From: Phoronis australis
Lineage: Eukaryota; Animalia; Phoronida
Reading direction: 5' to 3'
Assembly: GCA_002633005.1 (NCBI GenBank)
Contig: NMRA01000232.1
Location: 62,001-126,000, forward strand
Length of the DNA stretch: 64,000 nt
The notes under the pieces were generated by a model. The model made no database searches, had not been told where the DNA came from, and worked only from the letters and a program-made list of their open reading frames with translations. Positions 37,901 through 49,900 of this stretch are shown piece by piece. Position numbers and translations under genes: made by a program. Position 1 is the first letter of the stretch. Each line of letters begins with the position of its first letter.

Positions 37901-40900
37901 TGTATCCTTTACATGTTGTTCTCTCTTGTTATTATTTGTCAGAGTATACAAAACTGGCAGTATTTATGCTACGGTTCCACACCAAGACGAATGACAAGAT
38001 AGAAGAATGTGGCTATCATTTCCAAGGTTATGAAAGACGTTCTCGACTAATTTGTGCATTTAGTCAAATATCTACAAAAATATAGATTTTAACCATTAGT
38101 AAAAGTATATTTTATCTAAAAGTAGAAAGCCTGTAGAGATAGACGTTTGACCATATACTAGTCATCCATTATTTGGCCATGTAACTATGTCTTTTAGTAA
38201 AACTTACCAAAAAGAAAGGTACATAAACAGCAAAAATGACGAAATTTTCTTTATTATAAATGCTCAAGTTGAAATCTCGAAAACGCTGTTACAGTTTTCT
38301 AAATTACCGTTTCATGAATACCATAAAAGCACTATTTTTCGTAGCCATTCATGAGAAAGTGAAACGTTTTTAAAAACCTTACCTAACAACGTTTTAAAAA
38401 GCAGTGCATAAATCATGAAATCTGAAAATTTCATATGGGTCCAATCAACATTTTTGAGATACGATGCTCCGAAGTTTGAGGAGACAGTGTGGCGTGATGG
38501 TTTCAAACTCAAACTCCCGTTTGCGAGGCCGTGGTTCAAATCTTGGCTTTATTTGTAAACAACCAAGTATTGCATAAAGGCCTCTCCTGCTCCACTGAGC
38601 TCGGTCTCAAAGATTATATGCGAAGGAGTGGATGAGAACCTGGATATATTTCAAAGGTGATTTCTGGAGATGCGCTAAAAAGTTTTCTAGATTTAAAGAT
38701 TTCTCTAAGGTGTTACAGTGTATAACCTTCAATTAAAATAACCAGGTTACCTTTCAAGTTGTGAGCAAGGTGCTGCCAAAATCCCCTGATAGGTGCTATA
38801 CCAGAACCAACAGCTAAGAAGATGATTGGAACTGTTAATTCCGAGGGCATATTGAAGTCAGGTGAGCTGAAAACAGGGAAGGATGATGAAAATAGGGAGT
38901 AAACAACATGCGGTAGTAGTATGATTAAACTAAACATTTTTGATAAAAATATTGCCTCAAACCTGAAAAGGTCTGCAAAACACTCTTAGTGGATATTTTT
39001 TCTTTTTCATTACTACACAGCTTACCTCCATCTCTCGTTTCTGCACGATATCACTTTTTAGTAAAGTCAACTTCGGAGAGTATATTTAATTCAACTAGTG
39101 CACAAAGTTATACGTGGTCAAATGATTACAAATTACATAACCCGCTTTGTATTCACAGACAATCCATTTTTAAATTAAACTTACAACACAGTTTTCTTTC
39201 TTCCTGCAAAAATAACAGCTTTTGCTGAAAGAAAGTACTTACGGTTTAACGAAGATGGGTATTTTCTCGCCAATGGACACTTTTTTAAGAAAGTTTGTGG
39301 CGACGCCCTGTCGATGAGGCCTTGGCGAATCTATGATGGAGAAATTGATGGATGTATTCCAGCCTTTGGTGACAAAATTAAGTGAACAAGAACTAGCTTG
39401 TCCTCCCAGCACTTTAAATATCTTCAGATTTATCGTTCTAGTACTGAATTTTGAATGTTTACATTTGGTTTTTCTTGTCCAGATTTTGATTCTTTTCCTT
39501 TAGTACGTTTAACAAGTGCTTTCATTGTTAGTGAAAGTCAATGTTTAACTTATTTTCTCGTAAATATTGTACTATTTCAAACCAGGATGACTTCTGTATT
39601 GACTTGCTTTTCAAGAGGACTTTCGCAAGAAACACGATACAATACAAGGTAATACAATACAATACAATACACTGAAACATAATACACTACAATACAATAC
39701 AATACAATGCAATACAATACAATACAATACAATAAAAAAGAATACACAGTTGATATTAAAACACCATCCTCAGCTGAAAAAAAACACTGGCTATCTTGCT
39801 AAGCCCAACAACAAGTAAAGATACACAGTCAGCTACAGGAGAGTTACAATAGACTAGACTAACAATGACAACCTGTGGTGTGCCAGTGGCCTATTGAGAC
39901 TGGGCTTACACCAATTAATATCTGGGGCCTCACGACTTTTCAGCTTCCTTGTTGTTTCTGCTTGGTCTGTTATAGCAAAGTCACTGAAACAACTTTGTTA
40001 ATAACAATGTTTGGAGCTCTGTAGATGAATATTAATATGTGAACTTCTGTCAAAATTTAGATATTCCCTGGTCCAAGTTTTCAAATGGTGAATAGTTTCA
40101 CCAATGTAACTGGAGTCACATCCAGCACAGATAAACGTGTATACTACCCTGGACAGTAGACCCATAGGAATTTTGTCCTTGGTAATAATTCACCAATTTG
40201 TTGAGTTTTCGTTGAGCAATCTTTGCGTAAAAACCAGCATTGGGTGTTTTAAAATACCAATTTATGTGTGTTGGGTGTGGCTGCACTTTCAACTAATTTG
40301 AAAACCCAGAGCAGGGAAGTTCTAAATTCTGACAAAATTTCACATATTAAAACTCATGTGCAGAGCTCCAATCATTGTTACGAGCAATGCTCTTTCAATG
40401 ACTTTGCTATAATAGACCAAGCAGAAGCAACAAGGGAGCTGAAAATTCGTTAGGCTCTACATATCAACTGGAGTAAGCCCAGTCCCAATAGACACTTTAG
40501 GTTGTCATTGTTAGTCTAGTCTACTGTTACTCCCTGTAACTGACCGTGTCTGTATATCATCATTTGTTGATGGACCTATATTTAGTACTGTGGCCACTGT
40601 TTTTGCTTCTGGGGTTGTTGTTCTAATAAACATGTCAAGCCGATTTAAATCCATCAATGTTCTTAACATCATATACTACTACTTGCTATCATGGAAAACA
40701 ATACAATGCAATGCAATTCAATAAAATTCAAATCAAAATAAACAAGTCTTGGAAATAAATGATAATGATAATAACATACAAGACAAGTTATAAATAAGGG
40801 CATTTCAATATTGAATTACATAATAATTAGAGTAGCAGAGTGCTACGATTGGATTTGCATGTGAAGAAGCATGACAAAGGGCTTGACACATGCGTTGCAT

Positions 40901-43900
40901 TGTGGGTAAATACATGTACCTTCGAATGAGAGTGGTTGTGTGCTATTTCAGGACCGACATATTGTAGTTGAGCATTCCATGCGTTATGCGACAGAAAAAT
41001 GTTGATGCCTGTAAATATTATATGGTGAAAACTTCATACATTTATTTATGTCTCATTTAATTATTCAACGTACTTGGAACGTCGTAGCTGACTACGGAGA
41101 ATGTCAGTGTCATTTCATTTGGCGTGACTCTCGGAGACGAGCTGACAGAATACAGTCGAGGCTGAAGGACGGGTAACTGGGTGAGGAGAAGTGTAGGGTC
41201 AAGGATGAGGGACGGGAATTCGACCAACACATCGACAACTGATGACGCTTTTTGTTGTCTCCATCGCGTGAACTGGGATTTACCCTGCAACAAACCACGT
41301 AAATTTTATAAACCCTATTCTACACAACGTGTACATTTGGAAGTCAGTGAAATCTCGGAATTGGCAGTTTGAAGATTTTGCAAATGTGATCTTACTAAAA
41401 GTTATACCGTGTTACGCGCCTTTAGGCCCCTAGGCGGGGTTATATCAAAATAACGCTTTTGTTCGCGACCTCTTTTACCCAAGTGGTTCGCATATAAGCC
41501 CAGGTAATGTCCCCTGCATAGGCTCAAACATTGATTTGCATGTAGGCGCACCCATTTTGACTACCGCTGTGCCTACTAATGGAAATTTTTTACGTCTGAT
41601 AGGTAGCTTTGGCGTATTTTCAAGAAATTTGGTTGGGGAATAGTTTTGTATTACCGTAGTGCCGCGCAGACGTCCATGGGCACTTCTGTAACATAGTCTT
41701 TGAAGAGTAGTTTAATATACCAGTTTTTATTGCACTGCCTATTTGGCAGTTGTGCTTGTGTTTCATGTTTAAATTTTACGGACTGGGAAGTAGAAAAGGA
41801 GAACAAGAATGCGATGACGAATCTCTGGGAAATGCTGATAATACGTGAGAGTGTGAACTGAATTATACCCTAACGATATGCTCTTCACCGAGCGGAAAAG
41901 GCAATTCACTACAAACTGGAAAGATTGCAACAGGATTCCATGTACATACCTCGAAACAGATATGACAACGTATTAGGTTGCTTTCACTTGACTTTCTTTG
42001 CTCTTACCTTGGACAACACCTTTAGTTTCGATTTCTCTGAGGAATTTCTCGTCAACAGAGCAAGGCAGCCTAAGAACTCCGGTGTAGGAGGAGTAGTGAT
42101 GTCGAGATACTGAGTCAAGGCAGTGCGTAAACTGCAGGCCGGCAGCCTAGTGCTTTCTAGAATTAAATGATAAATTACGTGCGTCTTTCAGAAAGTTCCT
42201 AAAATTACGATTTTGCGAAGTCAGCATGTTCATTTTTTCAAGCAGGTCGTTCAGTGTGTCGCATCCTCGTGAAAAACATGCGACGGCCTAATGAATGCGA
42301 CGTAAGCAGTTCCTCAACAGAATTAACGGGAGACAGTTCCAAGACATCACAGTGGCGGATCTAGGATATCACAAAGGGGGGGCAACATTTTGTCTGGCTG
42401 TAAGCATTTGCGCAAATCACGATTGTAGATGCGCATAGCACCGAATGGGGGGAGGTCGGCAGGGGACAAACCCCCTCCCGCCCAGGAAATTTTCCTGTTC
42501 TTTCCTCTAAAAATCAAGCATTTTCCTTGATTCCTGAAGTACTATACAAAAAGGGCAAGAAAAAAAAAAAAAAAAAAAACACGAAGAACAACGTGTCAAG
42601 CAGGAAAAACTGCAAATTAATACCAGCGACTCGAACTCACCAACTGGCGGATAGAGCGCGCGTGCTTTACCACTACACCACCACGACTTAACTACAAATC
42701 TTACTACAAAGAGACCTACTTGTTTATAGTCCACAGCGTTTGGGCGCGAAACCTACTTCTTTTTGCAATGCACGTTTTATATTTTGTGCAATCGATTCTT
42801 AACAAACTTGTTGTATTTTTAATGCCCAAAAGACCAAATCCGTTTTTCGTTTTGGCAATAATGACGGGATTGCTTTGGAAATCGTCTCAAGTTAAGGTTT
42901 GACAAAGAGAGAATTATGAGTTTCTGAGTGATGATCAGTAAGGCTTCGATTAAAATGCACATCTTACCAGCAGCTTCTGTTTTTTCATCGTCACTACATT
43001 TTCTTTAAAAAATGAAGTAAAATTTCTTCCTTGCACAGTGGAGCAGACGACGGAAACGGAGTCGTAGTGCGCAGCGCCACTACCGGTCGCCTGGGATATC
43101 GCGGGAGAGCCTATACTTAGCCATAGTTCCGTTACGAATGCGCCGTGTTCCGAATTTGACACTTGAAATTGGATCTGAGCCCCCCCCCAAACACTAAAAC
43201 TGCACACATTTAAATCTTGTTTCATCCGTATAATTTTAATTACCGAGGTAAATTAATAAACTCAACATTTCCCAACGCTCTTGCTGTTTTATTTTTTTTC
43301 GGCAGCCAAGGGGGGGGGGGGCGGGCCCCCTGCCCCCCCTAAATCCGCCAATGGGTCATAAGGGCCTTTCATACTAACGTTGACGCGTCGATGGTTTGGG
43401 GAGTTGCGGTCAGTATGAACGTTTAACTCCGGTCCTGGATCGAAGTTAACAGCTCCAGTTAACGTCGCAGTTGACAGGTGGATTTAACAGTGCAGCGTCG
43501 ACGCTGCGGTGCAGAATGAACGATTAACTTCGGTCCAATCGAAGTTATCACCAGATGCCACAGTTACCGTCAACAATTACAGGGAAGTGCTGTCACTAAT
43601 AGCTGCATTTGCTCTAATAGCAACCAATCGATTTAAAAATAAGTTTAATGTCAATTAGCACAACCAATCGATTTAAAAATAAGTTTAATGTCAATAAGCA
43701 CATGTAAATGTTCCCAAATTGTCACATTGAAAAAATCTTAGCGGGCAGCGCTACCTTGCGATAACTGTGATAACGACAGCGTCACGTCCCATTTACTTCG
43801 ATGTTCATTAGCTACCAAAGCCAATATGAACGGTCCAGTTAAAGGAAAAGTCAACCTTTTTCATGTCATTTTTAACAAAAATAAGGTTCTTTGATTGCAA

Positions 43901-46900
43901 TTTTTCGTAATTTAATTAATTATTCGTCCTTTACTCCGGAAGTGACGTTTTGGGAGGCAAGAATTTCGCGCCAATTGTTTTCCTATAGTGTAACTGTGAC
44001 TATAGAGCTGTCAAGTCAGTCATTGTTATACCTCGGCAGTGACAAGTTCGGTCGTCGTTTGCTTTTGCTTTCGAGTCAGTCAACGTGCCACTGACACTGT
44101 TGCTGCGTACCAGGATGTACTCATTATCGCCCAGAGCATGTAAGCAGCCCTGCAGCGATGTTGAGTAGAGGGAGTGAATACAGGGCCCGTTCGACACCAA
44201 GACAGTTCGTCGTCCAATGAATAGATCGGTGAGCTAAACTTTGATAAGTTTATTGAGGACTTGTTTACAGTATTGGAGTTATTTAGAAGGTGCCTGGTGT
44301 GTGGCAAGGGAGTCACACGGCGGGATGTAAACAGTTTGTGTGCTCAAGTCACCATCCAGTGTGAGTATGTCGCGGGACACTCGGGCAAGTGGGGCAATTG
44401 TTCCTCTGTCGGTGAGACGACAATGAGTGCAGTTCGGTACACAGCAACAGTGTGGCATGTTGACTGACTCGTAAACAAACTACTACCGAACTAATCACAA
44501 CAGAGGTAGAACAATGACTGACTCGGCAGCTCTCACAGTCAGACTATATGAAAAGAAATTGGCGCGAAATACTTGCCTCCCAAAACGTCACTTCCTGAGT
44601 AAAGGACGAGTAATTGTTTAAATTACAAAAAGCTGTAATTAAATAAAAAACATGTCTGTGATAATCAACGAACCTTATTTTTGCAAAAAGGTTGCCTTCG
44701 CCTTTAACTGCGCTGTATACGTCGACGCTCCGCTCAGACCGGAGTTGAGTCAATATGAAAGGGCCTATACTGGTAGTTTGGTTGGATGAACATTCAGTGA
44801 GTATGGATTATAGAAAAATACAGGCTTTAACTCCAAGAAATGTTTTAAATGATATTACTCATTGATTGAGAAAACTCACTTGAAGAAGAACGCAGAACAG
44901 GCAAAAGTAAAACATATGATACTTACGAAAAGTCTTTTGGGTGGCTTGGTTGTCGTTTATGTCAATTTGTGGCAACTCAACTATAACCGGTATATCACTA
45001 TCAGCATCAGCGGCCAACCGTTTCAGGATCTCGGCCACCATCTCCGGGTCATTTTTTGGAAATATCGCTACATGGTCTCCCGGCTGGTAGGATACATGGT
45101 CGTCCAGTTTCAAACAAATGGACATCTTCATATCACTAAGTTAAAATGGAAAAAGAAAATTGGAAATTTTTGAGTATTTTCATTAAATTTTAGGTTGCAA
45201 ATTAGAGATGATAAACTCAAAATCATGCTACTGTGTTAGAAATATCAAGGTCTGCCATGGAAAAAGTAGGTAGTTTTTCAAGTCATCATCTCAGGCCTCA
45301 GACTGTAGGCTCTTTGACAATAATAATTTCACAGTTGGGGAACTACATCCACAAAAAGTAAAAATTTACCTTTGGCTTTGCGGTGGGTGCAAATCCAACT
45401 TGTTTACCACTTTTGCTTCAGAGATGCGGTGTTGATAATGGTGAACAGTTTCCAGTCCTAAAATTTGTAAAAAATGTGCTGCTAAAAGGTGTGAGTATGT
45501 TAGGTTAGAGTGGACACAATTCCGATTTTATATTCCGGAATTTATTACCAGGACGTTGATTCGATTTCATACCCTTGAATTATTTTGTTGTTGCGCCGAA
45601 AATACCGAGTCTAGCCCAGAGAGGACAATTTCGAATTCATCTACACATATATCCCGAATATCTCTAACAAATTTATGGGATGACACAGAAATATGTTCAC
45701 AAATACTTTGAAATATGGATACCAGAAAATGATTTACTGTATTCCAGGAGTCCCAAAGTTTTGCCTGTAAGACACAGAAGGCCAAATCAAACACAATTAA
45801 AATTTTCTACAGGCATAAAATACAAAACCAGTTCTTTTAAATGCTTTTCACCATGACCAATCACATATGTTGAAAATCTTCGATAACTGCACAAATGATG
45901 CGAAAACTCGAAAATTTTTGTTCCCTATACACTAAGAGTGGTACTGTTTCTAACTTCCACATACTCAAAACAAAATTTGGGATTCTTGAAAACATAATCA
46001 GTTTCAGTAAAACCGTATCTTGGGATTCATACATGTATTTAAGACTATTTTTGTTAAAGCTTTGTGCCAGAAGTTGACTGTGTGTTTGTTTAAAAGGTAG
46101 CTATGCTTTGTGATTGTACGTGGATGGAGAAAGAATGGCTAAATCTCTGACACTTTGGAGCACCCTGCATTCCAAATTTGCACTCTAAAAAATAACATAC
46201 ATGGGATATTAAATACATTCTATACTCATTAATTATTATGTCAGTGCCCCGACAATTGATCCACACAAGAGATGTAACAGCGGAATAAAATCAAATTAAT
46301 TTTCCCCATTAAAATTCAATTCTAATTTGTCAATACTATTGGGGCACCAATTCCAAAATAAATGGGGATAAAAATTCCGTAATTGTGTCTGCTCTAATCC
46401 ACCATAAACGTGCGTAGTAGATTCACTAATCAAAAAGTTCCGAGATCCCTCCATCAAAGATTAGTTGGTCCCAATTGAGGATCTATATTTTTGAAAGCCT
46501 CGAACATGATCACCTGAGGGCCGATGAGGTGGGTGGGGGGTGGGGGGCAATTGTCACTCCATGTGCCACGCGATTACATTTACGTTATTCAATTATAAAA
46601 GGATCAAATCGATAGAATGTGTAACCGCGTACATGTACGCCTTTCTGCTCATCTCTCGAGGTGTCTATTTTTTCTCAAACATTTTCGGAAGCTTAAGTAC
46701 TTCCGCGTTCAACAATGCCAAAATACAAAACAAAGCACGGGACTAATGATATAACGAACCTTTGACGACCATTTCTTCGTTTTTTGCCGTAATTAAATGA
46801 TATTTGCCCAGAGTCCACGTGTCTGTTGCAGAGTTACTGTTAATGACGTCATTTATTTCACGTTTCGTCTGAATATTGAACACTTTGCATGATGTCTGGA

Positions 46901-49900
46901 AATGAATTAAACAAAGAGCTAAGTGTTGCGTCTCATCTAACCACATGTACTGATGCACTGAACATAACTAGGAGAACACATAGGAGAGGTACATGGAAAA
47001 TCACTGGTTGAGAAAGGAAATTATGTCAGTCACAGAAATACATTTTCTCATAGTTGGAATTAAGCATCATTAACGAGAGCAACGCAGAACGTTGAAATGC
47101 GCCCACGAATGCATCACAAATGGTGTGCTTTTAGGGTTGCTTATTTGTGCCATAAAAATGGCCACTAGATGGTGCAAAAACATACAATCCATCCAAAAAC
47201 GAAAACATGTAATTGCTTCTTTAATAGAAAGCTATACACCAAATTTCATAGAAATCCGAGAAACAAAGGAAAACATAATAAAATGAAATTGCCACTAGGG
47301 GCACAGTGTTCATTGGATCCGCCTGAAAGTCGTCATTGTCTGTTGTTATCTTCACACAAATACACTTACAAAATTTAATAAAGATCCTGCAGTGGGTTTA
47401 GGAGATACATCTATGGGCACAAAGCTACCACTAGGAGGCGCCAGAGAAGTCAAAGTCGCTATCATCAACGGCCGTCCTCTTCACACAAAACATTTACGCC
47501 AATTTTCTACACCATCCTTTGAATGATTTGGTTGATAGAGAGGTAGAAGCCAAAAAACAGACTCGAAAACAGTAACAATGGCCACTAGGTGGCGCAAGGT
47601 ACTTTGATTCCATCCGAAAACGGGAGTATATCAAATAAACACAGAAAAATCAGGAACCCCAACTGGGAATCGAACCACAGGTCTCTAGATTGCCGGTCTA
47701 GTGCTCTTACCACTGAGCTACTGAGGACTCGACATGTGCGCAATTACTGTTTACAGCCAACTGTTATGTCATACATCCCATGAGCGGCGTTTCGCCTTTT
47801 TCGCACGGGATTTGGACAAATATGTAATATACAATCAGCAAATTACCAGTATGTGTTAATTAGATATAGTAAATATATAGACGCTGAGGTTGGCCAGTAG
47901 TGAAATATATCAAATAAACACAGAAAAATCAGGAACCCCAACTGGGAATCGAACCACAGGTCTGTAGATTGCCGGTCTAGTGCTCTTACCACTGTCCAAA
48001 TCCCGTGCGAAAAAGGCAAAACGCCGCTCATGGGATGTGTGACATAACAGTTGGCTGTAAACAGTAATTGCGCAGATATCGGGTCCTCAATAGTGTCCGT
48101 TCGATCCGCCTGAAAGTCGTCGTCTGTTATCTTCATATAAATTCACTTACTAAATTTAATAAAGATCCTGCAGTGGGTTTTGGATATACGGCAATGGGCG
48201 AAAAACAAAACAAAACTACCACTAGGAGGCGCCACAGTAGCCAGTCACCATCATCAAACGTCCCCTTCACACTGAAAACATATACGCCAATTATCAAAAC
48301 CATCCCTAGAATGATTTGATTGATCGAGGGGTGGACGCCAAAAACAAGATTCGAAAACAGCAAAAATGGCCACTAGGTGGCGCAAAATACCTCGATTCCA
48401 TCCAAAAACAGGATGATAGCGTCATCTCACTAATAGATGCCTATAATTCAAATTTTTATGAAAATTTATTGAGGACCTTTGAAGATACAGACTGGTAAAG
48501 GTAAAAATTGCCCCTAGGGGACACACCAGTTGTCAGATCCGTTGTCAACATCATATCAATACACTTAAGTAAAGATCCTGCAAACGGTTTAGGAGATACA
48601 GCCATGGGCGCAAATAAAAAACAAAACAGCCACTAGGAGGCGCCACAGTAGTCGAACTAGTCGGAAAATCATCGTCAGCTGTCCACTTCCTATTAAAAAC
48701 ACATATGCCAATTTTCACACTTATCCTGAAAGCGGTTTGCTTGATAGACGAGTGGACACCAAAAACATACTTTAAAACAGTAAAAATGGCCAATAGATGG
48801 CGCAAACTAGGTCGAATCCATCTGAAAAGTCACCTCATTAAAAGATGCCACAAAAATGAAATTAAGTTGAGGACCTTTGAACGTACAAGGGTAAACGTAA
48901 AAAAAATAAAATTGCCACTAGGTGTCAGATCCGTCCGAAAGTCATCGTCGTCTGTTGTCAACATTATATAAATACACTTACTAAATTTAGTAAAGATCCT
49001 TCGAACGGTTTAGGAGATACAGCCATAGGCGTAAAAAAACTGCCACTAGGAGGCGCCACAGTAGTCGCAATCATCGAAAAATCATCGTCAGCCGTCCACG
49101 TTATAGTAAGAACATACGTGCCAATTTTCACAATCATCCTTTGAGCGGTTTCGTTAATTGAGGAGTGGACGCAAAAAACAGACTCGAAAACAGTAAAAAT
49201 GGCCACTAGGTGGCGCAAACTACGTTGAATCCATCCGAAAACGGCAGGACAGCGTTATCTCACTAATAGGTGCCTATATACCAAATTTTACGAAAATCCG
49301 TTAAGGACTTTTGAACATACAGAGGTAAACGTAAAAAATTAAAATTGCCACTAGGGGGCACACCGGTAGTTGGATCCGTCCGAAAGTTCGTTCATGCCGT
49401 CCCATCCACAGAAGGAACACATGTGCAAAATTTCATGAACATACGTCAAGGCGTTTTGGAGATAGAGCAGCGGACGCCGGACGCCGGACACCGGACGCCG
49501 AAAGCCGGTCGCCGGACGGTCGGACTGACGGACGGAGATGACGGCATAATGCGTTCACATATAAATATGTGGGCGCATAATAAATGCACTTACAAAATTT
49601 TGTAAAGATGCTGCAAACGGTTTAGGAGATATAGCCATAGGTGCAAAAAAAAACAAAACTGCCACTAGGAGGCGCCACAGTAGTTGAAGTCGGAAAATAA
49701 TCGTCAACCGTCCTCTTCATAGACCCTATTCACGCCGACAGGAGGTGCGTTCCAAAACGAGGCTCGCTACGATAGCTCTGGTGGCTTATCCGCGTAATTG
49801 TACTCCGCGTTGCTCGAACAGCTAGAAAAAATATGGACACTCTGTTTTACAATCCCTAAGGACGTTGGGATCCGGAAGCGTTGGGTCCTTGCCATACGCC

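Noticed and set aside
47650-47730. Possible functional tRNA genes (also 6300-6370, 15265-15340, 21440-21500, 42625-42688, 56183-56254)
   Set aside because: Broken acceptor or anticodon stems and embedding in dispersed repeats; treated as tRNA-derived relics.
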